Assembly (NCBI GenBank): GCA_965306065.1
Contig: CBDLTN010000001.1
Location: 1,955 to 65,954, forward strand
Origin: an uncultured Sulfurospirillum sp.
GTDB taxonomy: Bacteria; Campylobacterota; Campylobacteria; Campylobacterales; Sulfurospirillaceae
DNA: 64,000 nucleotides
Reading direction: 5' to 3'
Positions 36,344 to 46,921 of this stretch are shown one piece after another (the first letter of the stretch is position 1; each line of letters begins with the position of its first letter). The notes beneath the pieces were generated by a model. It saw only the letters and a list, made by a program, of their open reading frames with translations, was not told the origin of the DNA and did not search any database. The position numbers and the translations under genes were made by a program.

Positions 36344-36538
36344 CTATTTGCAAAGTTCTTGAAACCACTCTTCATTTTGTTCGCTTCTTGTCTCTTTTGA
36401 TTTATAAAGGTTTTTTAAAACCGATATTAAATCTTCTTCACTTAAAAACTCTAACATTGTAGGCTCCATTGGAGTTGCATTGGGGTCAGATTCTATTAGT
36501 TTAGCAATCTCTTGAATTATTTCTTTCTTATCTGCCAT
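36344..36538 (-). CDS. Small acidic hypothetical protein (64 aa)
   Basis: I prefer the internal Met start at 36538 (MADKKEIIQEI...). The longer 117-aa track ORF would overlap the divergent dsb-like gene. Confidence 0.4.
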   Translation of the reverse strand: MADKKEIIQEIAKLIESDPNATPMEPTMLEFLSEEDLISVLKNLYKSKETRSEQNEEWFQELCK

Positions 36539-36611
36539 TTTACTCTCTTGTTTAAAAAATATTTGGTAAACGTATTGTATAATATTTTTAGTAAATCCTA
36601 AAGGCGAACCA

Positions 36612-37322
36612 ATGACAAAAAAACTAATGTTAACGACATCAATTCTGGCAACTTCTGTTTTTGCTGCAACTGATATACAAATACAAGAGTACTTCAAAGC
36701 TCAGATTCCAGTTCCTTCTGTAAAAGTGACAGTTACTTCTAGAGTATCTATAAATGAAATAAAAGGAATGGACTATATTTCAGTAGATATCAGCGATGGA
36801 AACCGTGTTCAAAAGATATCTGTTTTTACTCAAGGTGACCTAATATTTCCTGATGTAATTAGCGTAAATGACGGTAGCATTAAAGAAAAACTAGATAAAC
36901 AAAAACTTATTAAAGAGCTCTCTAGTTTGTATAAAAATGAGGATAAACAAAATATCTTAGTTTTAGGAAATGATCCTAAAAAAGAGACTCTTGTGAAATT
37001 TACTGACCCAGAGTGTCCATTTTGTGGAAAAGAAGTTGCACAAATAGAAGAAAAACTAAAAAATTACAATCTTAAGTATATATTTACACCGGTACATGAT
37101 AGAAGTTCGCTAGAAAAATCGATTCTTATATATAAACTTGCAAGTGCAGCAAAAACACTTGATGAAAAAGTAAAAATTGTTAAAAAGTATTTTAGCTCTG
37201 ATGTAGATGCTGAAGTAAGCGATGAAGAAGTTCAAAGAGTCGAAGATTTAAGAAAAAAATACTTTGCTGCAGGACTAAAAGGTGTTCCATTTTACGTAAA
37301 TGAAAAAGAGTTACTTAACTAA
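36612..37322 (+). CDS. Periplasmic thiol:disulfide interchange protein, DsbC/DsbG-like
   Basis: It has a signal peptide and the thioredoxin-fold active site CPFC. Confidence 0.7.
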   Translation: MTKKLMLTTSILATSVFAATDIQIQEYFKAQIPVPSVKVTVTSRVSINEIKGMDYISVDISDGNRVQKISVFTQGDLIFPDVISVNDGSIKEKLDKQKLIKELSSLYKNEDKQNILVLGNDPKKETLVKFTDPECPFCGKEVAQIEEKLKNYNLKYIFTPVHDRSSLEKSILIYKLASAAKTLDEKVKIVKKYFSSDVDAEVSDEEVQRVEDLRKKYFAAGLKGVPFYVNEKELLN

Positions 37323-37513
37323 ATTATATATTTAAAATAGACTCATACAAATCATTAAAAGTGAAAGACATGAGTCTATTTAGAAAAATATTCTAAGCAA
37401 AATAGTAGCAAATACGCATAAATAAATAAAAAAAACACTCACTATAACTTCTTCTATGTATATTTCATTTTAATACTGATATAATAAATATTATTCTTTA
37501 GATAGGAGCTTTT

Positions 37514-39520
37514 ATGATTAGTATTGTAATTCTGCTTTTTTTATTATTTGTATCACTAATTATAATCATAAAAAAAACAGCTCAAATTAAAAAACTCTCC
37601 TCTACATGTAAAGAAAAATCTGATCTCTTAGATGCCATAAGTATTCCTATTTTTTATAAAGACAAACAAAATAAATTTACAGGTTGCAATAAAGCTTTTG
37701 ACCAAAGCTTTAAAAATTTCAAACGTCAAGCCATAGATGAGCTCAAAGAGTTTAAAACAACTTGTACTAAAGAGATAAAACTTACTTATGACAATGACAT
37801 TGAAAAATATACTTTGGTAAACTTTACTAATTATCTTAATGGCTCCGTTGGGATTCTTTTTGACATAAGTGAAATGAAAAAAGATAAGATAGCAGCCTTA
37901 CACAAGAAAGATTCTCTAGCACTTGCTTTAAAAGGTTCACTTGAAGGTCATTTAGAATGGAATGTAAACACTAATGCACTCATATTATCTAAGCAGGCGA
38001 AAAAAATTCTAGGTTATAAGAAGAGTGATAAAGAACCAGATAATTTAACTGACTGGATGAACCTAGTTGAGTCTTATGATATTGCTAAAACAAATGAAGC
38101 CTTGTCTTTACATGTAAAAGGTCAAAGTGAATTTATAGATATAGACCACCGTTTAAAAACTTCTCTTCAAGATGTATGGGTGAATTTTAGAGGAAAAGGT
38201 ATATATAACTCAAACAATGAAATAACAAAGGTCTATGGAACACTAAGAGATATAAGCCAACAAAAAAAGGAACTAACACGCATTACTAAACAAAGAGATC
38301 TTTTTATGACTTTTATGGATAATCTTCCTGCTTTAAGTTTTATAAAAAATAAAAATGGAGAATACCTCTATATAAATAATTTTTTTCAAAAACTTCTTGG
38401 ATTTAAAAAATGGAAAAATAAGAAAACAGAAGATATTTTTGAGAAAGATATTAGCTCTGTTATTGTAAATAGTGATAGAGAGGCATTCTATGAAGCTAAA
38501 TACAAACATGAAGAATTCATACCAAATGAAGTAGGAATAAAAAAACTATTTGAGACTTATAAATTCCCAATAGATAGTGAAAATGAAAAAGTCCTTTGTG
38601 GTTTTGGATTAGATATAACTCAAGAAAAAACTTACCAAGAAAAAATAGAACTATATTCAAAAATATTTGACAATACAAATGAAGCTATATTGCTTACTGA
38701 TAAAAATGCTATTACAATTGCAATAAATACAGCATTTAAAAAAATAACTGGTTACAAAGACGAAGACATCATAGGTAAAAATCCAAGTATAAGACAATCA
38801 GGAAAGCATAATGAAGAGTTTTACAAAAACATGTGGGATGAGTTACTTACTAAAGGCTCATGGACAGGTGAAATGTTTAACAAACATCAAGACGGAACAA
38901 TTTATCCAGAACTAATGAACATAAGCTCTATAAAAAATGAAAAAAAAGAGATAACAAATTTTGTAGGAATTTTTCAAAGTATTGAATATCAAAAAGTCAT
39001 TGAGGCAAAACTAACAAAAATGGCTCATTATGATGCTCTTACAGGCTTACCAAATCGAACTCTTTTTAATGATAGACTTGCAAAAGCAATACAAAGGGCC
39101 CATAGAGATAAAACTATGCTTAGTTTGATTTTTCTTGATTTAGATGATTTTAAAATAATAAACGATACTTTGGGTCACTATTCTGGCGATATTGTACTTT
39201 GTGAAGTTGCTAAAAGAATATCAAAAATAATTCGTGACAGCGACACCGTTGCAAGGCTTGGTGGAGATGAGTTTACTATAATACTTGAAAAAATAAATCA
39301 AGTATCTGATGTTTCATATATTGCTGATAAAATCATTAAGGAGATACAAGTACCAATAAAACTAAAAAACTCACAAGAGTGCAATGTCGGAATAAGCTTA
39401 GGTATAAGTGTCTATCCTGACCAAACAGTAAATAAAAAAGATTTGTTAGAATTTGCAGACAATGCTATGTATGAAGCCAAAAAAAGCGGTAAAAATTGCT
39501 ATAAAATATATGCTAATTAA
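37514..39520 (+). CDS. PAS-domain diguanylate cyclase (GGDEF)
   Basis: It has an N-terminal TM segment, several PAS-like repeats and a C-terminal GGDEF motif (RLGGDEFTI). Confidence 0.85.
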   Translation: MISIVILLFLLFVSLIIIIKKTAQIKKLSSTCKEKSDLLDAISIPIFYKDKQNKFTGCNKAFDQSFKNFKRQAIDELKEFKTTCTKEIKLTYDNDIEKYTLVNFTNYLNGSVGILFDISEMKKDKIAALHKKDSLALALKGSLEGHLEWNVNTNALILSKQAKKILGYKKSDKEPDNLTDWMNLVESYDIAKTNEALSLHVKGQSEFIDIDHRLKTSLQDVWVNFRGKGIYNSNNEITKVYGTLRDISQQKKELTRITKQRDLFMTFMDNLPALSFIKNKNGEYLYINNFFQKLLGFKKWKNKKTEDIFEKDISSVIVNSDREAFYEAKYKHEEFIPNEVGIKKLFETYKFPIDSENEKVLCGFGLDITQEKTYQEKIELYSKIFDNTNEAILLTDKNAITIAINTAFKKITGYKDEDIIGKNPSIRQSGKHNEEFYKNMWDELLTKGSWTGEMFNKHQDGTIYPELMNISSIKNEKKEITNFVGIFQSIEYQKVIEAKLTKMAHYDALTGLPNRTLFNDRLAKAIQRAHRDKTMLSLIFLDLDDFKIINDTLGHYSGDIVLCEVAKRISKIIRDSDTVARLGGDEFTIILEKINQVSDVSYIADKIIKEIQVPIKLKNSQECNVGISLGISVYPDQTVNKKDLLEFADNAMYEAKKSGKNCYKIYAN

Positions 39521-39554
39521 CAAATCATTGACATAAGAAGAGTAATATTACAAC

Positions 39555-40235
39555 ATGAATCCAAATATAATAATGATAGAAGACGATATAGAATTAGCAC
39601 AAATTTTAACAGATTTTCTTAAAAAGTATAATGTAACGGTAGAGAATTATGATGATCCATATCTTGGGATTAGTGCTTTGAGCCTAAAAAGATATGACTT
39701 ACTTATACTAGACCTCTCACTTCCTGGTATGGATGGACTTGAGATATGTAAAGAAGTTAGAACTAAAAGTGATATACCAATAATCATATCTAGTGCAAGA
39801 AGTGATGTAGAAGATAAAATCATAGGACTAGAGCTTGGAGCTGATGACTATCTTCCAAAGCCATATGAACCCAAAGAGCTATATGCAAGGATAATGAGCG
39901 TTTTAAGACGCTTTAAAAGAGGCTTAAACCCAAAAGAAATCGAAAAAAACCATGACTTAAAGATAAGTAATGATAATGGATTTATTCTCTTTAAAGAAAA
40001 AGAACTATCTCTTACAAGAGCTGAATTTGAAGTACTATCATATATGATTAAAAAAGACAACTGCGTGATTCCAAGAAGTGAACTTATAGGTAATGCTCCT
40101 TCATTAAATAATGAAAATGATAGCAGAAGTCTTGATGTTCTTATAAGTCGTATAAGAACAAAACTAGGTGAAAGCTCAAAAGAGCAAAGACATATTGTCT
40201 CAATACGCGGAATAGGATATAGACTTCAACCATGA
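39555..40235 (+). CDS. OmpR/PhoB-family response regulator
   Basis: REC domain (LLILDLSLPGMDG) plus a winged-helix C-terminus (RGIGYRL). Confidence 0.9.
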   Translation: MNPNIIMIEDDIELAQILTDFLKKYNVTVENYDDPYLGISALSLKRYDLLILDLSLPGMDGLEICKEVRTKSDIPIIISSARSDVEDKIIGLELGADDYLPKPYEPKELYARIMSVLRRFKRGLNPKEIEKNHDLKISNDNGFILFKEKELSLTRAEFEVLSYMIKKDNCVIPRSELIGNAPSLNNENDSRSLDVLISRIRTKLGESSKEQRHIVSIRGIGYRLQP

Positions 40236-41455
40236 AATGGTACAATTCACTAATAATCAAAATTACTCTTATATTTGCACTAGCTCTTATTGGGGTTGGA
40301 GCAGTTTTATATATAATACATACTCAGATAAAAAAAACTGAAACAATAAATATACACCGATTTACAAGAGTAGTTTTACAAAATTCATATCATGACAATA
40401 AACTTGACCTTAAGCAACTTCAAGAAGCTGGGTTTTCTATAGTTACTGATGAGAACCTTAAACAAGAGATCTTGGCAAAAAGAAGATTCTCACAACCAAT
40501 AAGGCAGATGAGAAATTTTCATAATAAAAAAAGAGGCAGATTCAAAGTTATTGAACACAAAAAAGATTTTTTTATAATGATTGCTGGAAGTTTAGTTTTA
40601 AAAGCTCCTCATGAAAAAGATATGTTCCCAAAAATGATATTCCCTCTTAGTGCTATTCTTTTCATCATTTTTTTATATATAGCAACCATTAGAAGTATCT
40701 TGCCACTTTATAGTTTAAGACAAAAAGTCAAAGAGTTTGCAAATGGTAATTATGATATTGATTGTAAAAGTACAAAAAAAGATGAAATAGGAATACTATC
40801 TAACGAATTTGACAAAAGTGTCAAAAAAATAAAAAAACTTAGAGATTCAAGACAGCTATTTTTACGTAACATCATGCATGAACTTAAAACCCCTATAACT
40901 AAAGGTAAACTGTCTTGCGAAATGATAGAAGAATCATCCTATCAAGAAATATTAAAAAATGTTTTTAGAAGACAAGAAACACTTCTTGAAGAGTTTGCTA
41001 GAATAGAAAAACTCAGTGCAAATGAACTTGATATAAATACAAAAGAGTATCTTCTTCAAGATATAGTCGATTTTTCTTTAGATATATTAAACTATGAAAA
41101 AAACAATGTTACATGTAAAATAAAACCTATGGTTTTACAAGTAGATTTTGAACTTTTTGGAACAGCAATAAAGAATCTATTAGATAATGGCATAAACTAC
41201 TCTTTAGATAAACATGTCTTAATAGAGTCAAATGAAAACCAAATTATAATATCAAATAGTGGTAAAGAATTGGAATTTCCACTAGAAAATTATGCCCAAC
41301 CTTACTTTTTAGATTCACAAAAAGCGCAAAACTCTCAAGGACTTGGTTTTGGTCTTTTTATCACACTACATGTAATAAGATTACATAAAATGAAAATAGA
41401 GTATAATAGGGAAAAAGATAGGAATATTTTCACAATAGATGTTAAGACGAGTTGA
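40232..41455 (+). CDS. Sensor histidine kinase
   Basis: It has two TM helices, a HAMP-like segment, the H-box IMHELKTPIT and the G-box GLGFGLF. Confidence 0.85.
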   Translation: MKWYNSLIIKITLIFALALIGVGAVLYIIHTQIKKTETINIHRFTRVVLQNSYHDNKLDLKQLQEAGFSIVTDENLKQEILAKRRFSQPIRQMRNFHNKKRGRFKVIEHKKDFFIMIAGSLVLKAPHEKDMFPKMIFPLSAILFIIFLYIATIRSILPLYSLRQKVKEFANGNYDIDCKSTKKDEIGILSNEFDKSVKKIKKLRDSRQLFLRNIMHELKTPITKGKLSCEMIEESSYQEILKNVFRRQETLLEEFARIEKLSANELDINTKEYLLQDIVDFSLDILNYEKNNVTCKIKPMVLQVDFELFGTAIKNLLDNGINYSLDKHVLIESNENQIIISNSGKELEFPLENYAQPYFLDSQKAQNSQGLGFGLFITLHVIRLHKMKIEYNREKDRNIFTIDVKTS

Positions 41456-42044
41456 TAAAAATGAAAAAAAGAGAGCAATTGCCCTAGCAGCAATTCCACT
41501 TTTAGCAGAATTTGGACTAGCTAAAACTTCAGTAGAGTCCATTGCAAAAGAAGCAAATGTAGCTAAAGGTACTGTGTACCTATATTTTAAAACAAAAGAA
41601 GAGATAGTTTTAGAAATATGGAGTTATGCAAATGAACTTTTAGATAAAAATAGAGTAGAAAAATTCACTAAAGATTCATCTGCAAGCCAAAAAATAACTC
41701 ACTACTTTGATTTTTCTATTCTCGAGGAAGAACAGTCTATGAATATCCTTCTAAAACTTTTAGCAATGAACATGTCAACGATACTTAATTTCTCTCATGA
41801 AGGCTTGGTAAAGCATTTTAAACAAGAAAGAATTAAAGAAACAGATACTTTAGAGAGAATTCTCAGAGAAGGTGTAAATAGTGGAGAATTTAAACCAATA
41901 GATATAGAATTAACAGCAAGCTTATTTGCTAATAGTTTTCACGGAACTCTGTTAAACTCAATAGCAGTCAATAAAAACATAGATGAAATAAGAGCTATCC
42001 TACACCCTCAAATCAACTTTTTAATCAGCTCAATCAAAACTTAA
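41439..42044 (+). CDS. TetR-family transcriptional regulator
   Basis: N-terminal HTH: AAIPLLAEFGLAKTSVESIAKEANVAKGTVYLYF. Confidence 0.8.
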   Translation: MLRRVDKNEKKRAIALAAIPLLAEFGLAKTSVESIAKEANVAKGTVYLYFKTKEEIVLEIWSYANELLDKNRVEKFTKDSSASQKITHYFDFSILEEEQSMNILLKLLAMNMSTILNFSHEGLVKHFKQERIKETDTLERILREGVNSGEFKPIDIELTASLFANSFHGTLLNSIAVNKNIDEIRAILHPQINFLISSIKT

Positions 42045-42266
42045 GGAAACTTTAGATACAATCGGCTAAATTCAAAACTTCTTAAACGAAGTTAAAACTT
42101 ACTCAAGACTGACAAACGACTCTCAGCAAGCTAGTAGGTTTTTGCATACTAGTTGCTAGGTTTCTCAAACACATTTGAAAACTCACAAAATTTTTATGTA
42201 GTAGATAATTCTCTACGCTCACTTCATACCCGAAGTTTTGGAAAAACAAACATAATAGGAAACACA

Positions 42267-43847
42267 ATGGCAATTACATTTGAATCATTTGGACTAAGCG
42301 AAAACATCATGAAGGCTATCAAAGAAGCTGGATTTAGAGAACCAAGTCCAGTTCAAGAACAAGCAATACCTTTAGTATTAGAAGGTCATGATATAGTAGC
42401 ACAAGCACAAACAGGAACAGGAAAAACAGCAGCATTCGGGCTGCCAAGTATGAGTATGATAGATGCTCGTTCAAATAAAGTAGAAATTTTAGTAGTAACT
42501 CCAACAAGAGAGCTTGCAACACAAGTTAGTGATGAGCTTTTTACACTTGGTCGTGAAGCAGGAGTAAGAACAGTAACAGTATATGGTGGTAGTTCATACT
42601 CTCGCCAAATAGGACTTATAGAAAAAGGGGCTTCAGTAGTAGTAGCAACTCCTGGACGTCTTATAGATCTTCTAAAAAATAATAGACTAAAAGATTTTAC
42701 TCCAAAAATCATCGTTCTTGATGAAGCTGACGAGATGTTAGATATGGGATTTTTAGAAGACATTGAAGAGATTTTTTCATATATGCCAAAAGAGAGACAA
42801 ACTCTTCTTTTCTCAGCAACTATGCCTGAACCTATCAAAAGACTTGCAGGAAAAATCCTGAATGAGCCTAAATACGTAAGTGTAACTCCAAAAGACCATA
42901 CAACAAATGAAGATATTGATCAACAATACTACGTAATCAATGAGTACGAAAGAGATAGTGCAATGGTAAGACTACTTGATGCAACTGATCCTGTAAAATC
43001 AATCGTATTTTGTAGAACAAAAAGAGAAGTTGATCGTCTTTCAACTCACCTAATGGCTATAGGTTATACAGCTAAGGGACTTCATGGAGACATGGAACAA
43101 AATCAAAGAGAAACAACAATTAAAGCCTTTAGAAGTTCTCAACTTGAGATACTTGTAGCGACTGACGTTGCTGCTCGTGGACTTAATGTTACAGATATTT
43201 CTCATGTTTTTAACTACCATATGCCTTTTGATCCAGAGAGTTATGTTCACCGTATAGGAAGAACTGGCCGTGCTGGTAAAAAGGGGACTGCGATTACTTT
43301 AGTTACTCCAAATGAATACCACTCAATGCAAAGAATAGGTAAAAAAGTTGGTTCAAACTTAAACCAAAAACTAGTTCCTACTCTACTTGATGTAAGCAAA
43401 AGCAGACTTGAAAAGATGGCACATGACATCACAAGTGCACAATTAAATGATAATGCTCAAGAACTTCTTAACCTTCTTGAAGAAAATATGGATATGGCTC
43501 AAATAGCTCTAAAACTTATTTCAGTTATGATGGATAAGAATTCTCCTCAAGGACCTGATAAAATTGGATTTGATAAAAACTCATTAAGCGGTATCATTAA
43601 AAGACTTGCAGAAAAAGAGAGAAGTAAAGGTAACAGAAGATACGGAAGAAATTCAAGAGGCGGAAATGGCGGTGGATACCGTGGTGGACGTGGTGGAAGT
43701 GGTGGAAGCCGTAGTAGAGATGGCGGTGGAAACCGTGGTAGTAGAGATGGTGGTGGAAGCAGAGATGGCGGTGGAAATCGTGGCAAAAGTAGCGACAGTA
43801 GAAATAGTGGCAGAAGTGAAAGAACTTCAAGAAGAAGAAGAGACTAA
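42267..43847 (+). CDS. DEAD-box ATP-dependent RNA helicase with an RGG-rich C-terminal tail
   Basis: It has the Q motif, AQTGTGKT, DEAD, SAT and HRIGRTGRAG. I prefer the start at 42267 (MAITFESFGL, AGGA RBS) over the track start at 42153. Confidence 0.9.
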   Translation: MAITFESFGLSENIMKAIKEAGFREPSPVQEQAIPLVLEGHDIVAQAQTGTGKTAAFGLPSMSMIDARSNKVEILVVTPTRELATQVSDELFTLGREAGVRTVTVYGGSSYSRQIGLIEKGASVVVATPGRLIDLLKNNRLKDFTPKIIVLDEADEMLDMGFLEDIEEIFSYMPKERQTLLFSATMPEPIKRLAGKILNEPKYVSVTPKDHTTNEDIDQQYYVINEYERDSAMVRLLDATDPVKSIVFCRTKREVDRLSTHLMAIGYTAKGLHGDMEQNQRETTIKAFRSSQLEILVATDVAARGLNVTDISHVFNYHMPFDPESYVHRIGRTGRAGKKGTAITLVTPNEYHSMQRIGKKVGSNLNQKLVPTLLDVSKSRLEKMAHDITSAQLNDNAQELLNLLEENMDMAQIALKLISVMMDKNSPQGPDKIGFDKNSLSGIIKRLAEKERSKGNRRYGRNSRGGNGGGYRGGRGGSGGSRSRDGGGNRGSRDGGGSRDGGGNRGKSSDSRNSGRSERTSRRRRD

Positions 43848-43861
43848 AACTTACAAAAAAT

Positions 43862-43896
43862 CTTTACATGTAAAGGGAAAAACCTTTACATGTAAG
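43862..43896 (+). terminator. Terminator-like hairpin made of two copies of the iterated palindrome (TTTACATGTAAAGG-gaaaaa-CCTTTACATGTAA), followed by GTTTT
   Basis: A 13-bp stem located 15 nt after the helicase stop. Confidence 0.7.
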
Positions 43897-43958
43897 TTTT
43901 ACTTATAATTAATATAATCCTTGCTATAATTTGAACATATGTTCAATAAAGGATTAAA

Positions 43959-44324
43959 ATGAGACTTATTTACCCAACAGATGAAAACCAAGGTTACCTT
44001 AGCAAAAGAGGTGCACACTTTGGAAAAGCAAAATTTTACACAGTTATTACAACAAAAGATGGATCTATAGAAAATGTAGAAGCTATTGAGAATCCTGGTC
44101 ATTCAAAAGGATCTTGTGGTGGTGCAGTAACAAATATCATGTCACTAAAACCTGACGCTCTTATAGTTGGAGGAATTGGTGGTCGTCCAGCTGCTGGATT
44201 TGCAGATGCTGGCTTAGATGTTTTTTTTGACCAAACTAGTGACACAGTTGAAGATAGTTTAAAACTATTTTTTGATGGAAAACTTGAAAAAAGTAGTGGT
44301 CAAGGAACTTGTAGCCATCATTAA
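43959..44324 (+). CDS. NifB/NifX-family (dinitrogenase FeMo-cofactor-binding fold) small protein
   Basis: 121 aa. AHFGKAKFYTVI plus a later GGIGG...AG pattern is typical of this fold. No nif genes are nearby. Confidence 0.65.
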   Translation: MRLIYPTDENQGYLSKRGAHFGKAKFYTVITTKDGSIENVEAIENPGHSKGSCGGAVTNIMSLKPDALIVGGIGGRPAAGFADAGLDVFFDQTSDTVEDSLKLFFDGKLEKSSGQGTCSHH

Positions 44325-44328
44325 AAAT

Positions 44329-44358
44329 AGATATAGGCATTTTAAAATGCCTATATCT
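44329..44358. terminator. Bidirectional terminator: 30-bp perfect palindrome AGATATAGGCATTTT/AAAATGCCTATATCT
   Basis: It lies between the convergent nifX-like gene and nspC. Confidence 0.75.
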
Positions 44359-45461
44359 TAATTTCTTCTTTTATACTCTTCATATCCAAATGCTCTAATA
44401 GTTTGAATATCTCCATTTTCACGTAGAATTTTTAAATCTGGAAGTTTTATGCCGTTAAAAGTTGTATTTTTTACTATTGTATAGTGAATTTGGTCTTCAA
44501 AGATTATTTGATCTCCTACTTCTAAAGGCTCATCAAAACTATAATCCCCCATTATATCTCCTGCAAGACATGTATTGCCTGCTAGCCTATAAGTATATTT
44601 TTTCTCGTTTGGTTTTCCTGCACCTCTTACTTCTGCACGATATGGCATAGCAAGAGTATCTGGCATGTGTGCTTCTGCCGAGCTATCTAGTATGGCTATT
44701 TGCATACCATTGTCCACAACATCTAAAACTGTAGTAACTAGAGTCCCAGTCTCCCAACCTACAGCTTCTCCAGGTTCAATATAAACTTTTACATTATATT
44801 TTATTCTAAAATCATTTATTAGTTTTATTAGTTTTTCTACATCATAACCTTGTTTTGTGATGTGATGTCCACCACCAAAATTTACCCATTTACATGTAGA
44901 TATAATATCTCCAAATTTATCTTCAAAAGCTTTTAAAACCTCTTGCAATGCATCTGCATCTTGTTCACAAAGAGCATGAAAATGTAATCCTTCAACATCA
45001 TCTAAATTTGCTCTGTTAAAATTTTTATTTGTAATACCAAGACGACTATTCAACCCACAAGGATTATATAAATCAACAGGACTAGAAGATACTTCAGGGT
45101 TTACTCTTAATCCAATAGATACTTTATCTTTCACATAATCTCTATATTTTTCAAGTTGAGCGAATGAATTAAAAACTATATGGTTACTGAGCTTACTTAT
45201 TTCATCTATCTCTTGAACTTTAAAAGCAGGAGCATAAGTGTGAATTTCACCTTTAAAATACTCTTTAGCAAACTTGGCTTCATGTAAACCACTGCATGTA
45301 CATCCACTTAAATATTCACTCACTAAATCAGCAAAACCACTAAAAGCAAAACCTTTAAGAGCTAAAAGAACCTTTGCTCCACTCTTTTGTTCTATCATTT
45401 TTAATAGTTCTAAATTTTTGCGTAAAAGTCTCTCTTCACAGAGGTAATATGGCGTATTCAA
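44358..45461 (-). CDS. nspC: Carboxynorspermidine/carboxyspermidine decarboxylase
   Basis: 367 aa with an alanine-racemase-fold decarboxylase pattern (FGGGHH...EPGEA...CLAGD). Confidence 0.85.
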   Translation of the reverse strand: MNTPYYLCEERLLRKNLELLKMIEQKSGAKVLLALKGFAFSGFADLVSEYLSGCTCSGLHEAKFAKEYFKGEIHTYAPAFKVQEIDEISKLSNHIVFNSFAQLEKYRDYVKDKVSIGLRVNPEVSSSPVDLYNPCGLNSRLGITNKNFNRANLDDVEGLHFHALCEQDADALQEVLKAFEDKFGDIISTCKWVNFGGGHHITKQGYDVEKLIKLINDFRIKYNVKVYIEPGEAVGWETGTLVTTVLDVVDNGMQIAILDSSAEAHMPDTLAMPYRAEVRGAGKPNEKKYTYRLAGNTCLAGDIMGDYSFDEPLEVGDQIIFEDQIHYTIVKNTTFNGIKLPDLKILRENGDIQTIRAFGYEEYKRRN

Positions 45462-46276
45462 CCTGCACTCCGTAAAATTTTATCTAGTATCTTTGTACTT
45501 AAAACTCTTTTTAAAAACCAAAATAGCTTTGTTGGGAAAGTAACTCGGTATCTAGCTCTTGGCTTTTTTGCTGTTATTGCTTTTATAAGTGTATCATATA
45601 CAGCATCTTCTCCAAGAGTAAAAGGAGTATCACCTTTACCCTTTAACCTCTCTAGTGTCTTCTCATAAATCTTTACATGTACACTTTTTTTAATATCTAT
45701 ATTCTGCTCAAACTTCATTAAAGCATTTTTTCTAAAGTCACTACGAATTGGTCCAGGTTCAATCAAAACAACATCTACTCCACTCTTATCTAATTCTAGT
45801 CGTAAAGTATCACAAAGTCCTTCTATAGCGTATTTACTAGCATTATAAGCTCCTCGATATGCCATTGAAATGATACCAAGAACCGAAGAGTTATAAACAA
45901 CTCTTCCGTAACCTTTTTTTCTCATATAAGGTAAAACCATATTTGTTAACTCTTGTGTTCCAAAAACATTGGTCTCAAACTGCTCTTTTAAAACTTCACG
46001 ACTTAAATCTTCAACAGCTCCAGGTTGTCCGTAAGCTCCATTGTTAAAAAGAACATCTATCTTAGAATCCGTTTTTTCAACAGCCCAATCGAGTGCCTCT
46101 TTTATGCTTTTGGAACTTCTCAAATCAAGCTTATATACTTCAAGTCCCTCTTCTTTTAATCTTTTAACGTCTTTTTCATATCTGCATGTTGCTAAGACTC
46201 TATATCCATTTTTTGACAACTCCTTAGCACAAAAATATCCGATTCCAGTTGAACACCCTGTTATTAGTATATTCAT
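45458..46276 (-). CDS. Short-chain dehydrogenase/reductase (SDR)
   Basis: ITGCSTGIG cofactor motif and YNASK catalytic motif. Confidence 0.85.
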   Translation of the reverse strand: MNILITGCSTGIGYFCAKELSKNGYRVLATCRYEKDVKRLKEEGLEVYKLDLRSSKSIKEALDWAVEKTDSKIDVLFNNGAYGQPGAVEDLSREVLKEQFETNVFGTQELTNMVLPYMRKKGYGRVVYNSSVLGIISMAYRGAYNASKYAIEGLCDTLRLELDKSGVDVVLIEPGPIRSDFRKNALMKFEQNIDIKKSVHVKIYEKTLERLKGKGDTPFTLGEDAVYDTLIKAITAKKPRARYRVTFPTKLFWFLKRVLSTKILDKILRSAG

Positions 46277-46614
46277 TAAAAAGTCATCAAGGGCTTACCA
46301 CTTTTTGCCCAATCACTCAAAAGCTCACCAGTATAAAAAACTTCTACACTACACTCTTTTAAATGTTTTTCGATATACATATTTTCTGCACACTTCTTGC
46401 AAGCTACAATTTTTACACCTGCTTTAAACATCTCTTTGACTTTTTCTCTTATCTCTTTATCTTCACTAAGTATTTGTTGAGAAGCTCCCCAAACAAGAAT
46501 AGTCACTTCATCAAACCAGCCTTTAGTTTTTGCATTGAGAGCATATAGGCATATCATATTTAATATAGTATCTCTATTGTCTGTTGTCCAAACAATCATC
46601 AATTCATTTTTCAT
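46276..46614 (-). CDS. DsrE/DsrF-like small protein
   Basis: 112 aa. The size and pattern resemble the DsrE family. This assignment is weak. Confidence 0.5.
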   Translation of the reverse strand: MKNELMIVWTTDNRDTILNMICLYALNAKTKGWFDEVTILVWGASQQILSEDKEIREKVKEMFKAGVKIVACKKCAENMYIEKHLKECSVEVFYTGELLSDWAKSGKPLMTF

Positions 46615-46864
46615 TTTTTCTCCTTATAAATATAAAGATTTTATTTATTAAATTATACCACACTAATCAATATTAAATAGATTTAAAATATAAAATAATT
46701 AATTAAATATTTAAATTAATATTACTATGTGTTTATCGATATATCTGCCTATAATTGGGCTAATAACTCTAAATATTTTCAGAAAAATAATCTTTTAAAC
46801 TAAATATTTTTTAATATCTAAGATGAAATAATAATTCATATTAAAAAAATAATTTAATTCTTGA

Positions 46865-46879
46865 TAATAATCATTATTG
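46865..46879. promoter_or_regulatory. Fur-box-like dyad TAATAAT-C-ATTATTG upstream of the first MCP gene
   Basis: A perfect 6-1-6 palindrome (AATAATcATTATT) about 45 bp upstream of the start. It matches the 7-1-7 TAATAATnATTATTA type at 14 of 15 positions. Confidence 0.35.
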
Positions 46880-46921
46880 TTTATATTTTAAAAAGATATA
46901 CTGCGAAAATTTTTTAAGGAT

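Noticed and set aside
36344-36697. 117-aa ORF overlapping the start of the divergent DsbC-like gene.
   Set aside because: The first 53 codons are hydrophobic and low-complexity and overlap 36612-36697 of the plus-strand gene. An internal start at 36538 gives a compact 64-aa product. Even that call is low confidence.
43547-43908. Overlapping ORFs in three frames (Pro-rich, His-rich and Glu/Val-rich) at the helicase 3' end.
   Set aside because: They are artefacts of the GGN/AGA repetitive DNA encoding the RGG tail. They have low-complexity translations and no RBS.
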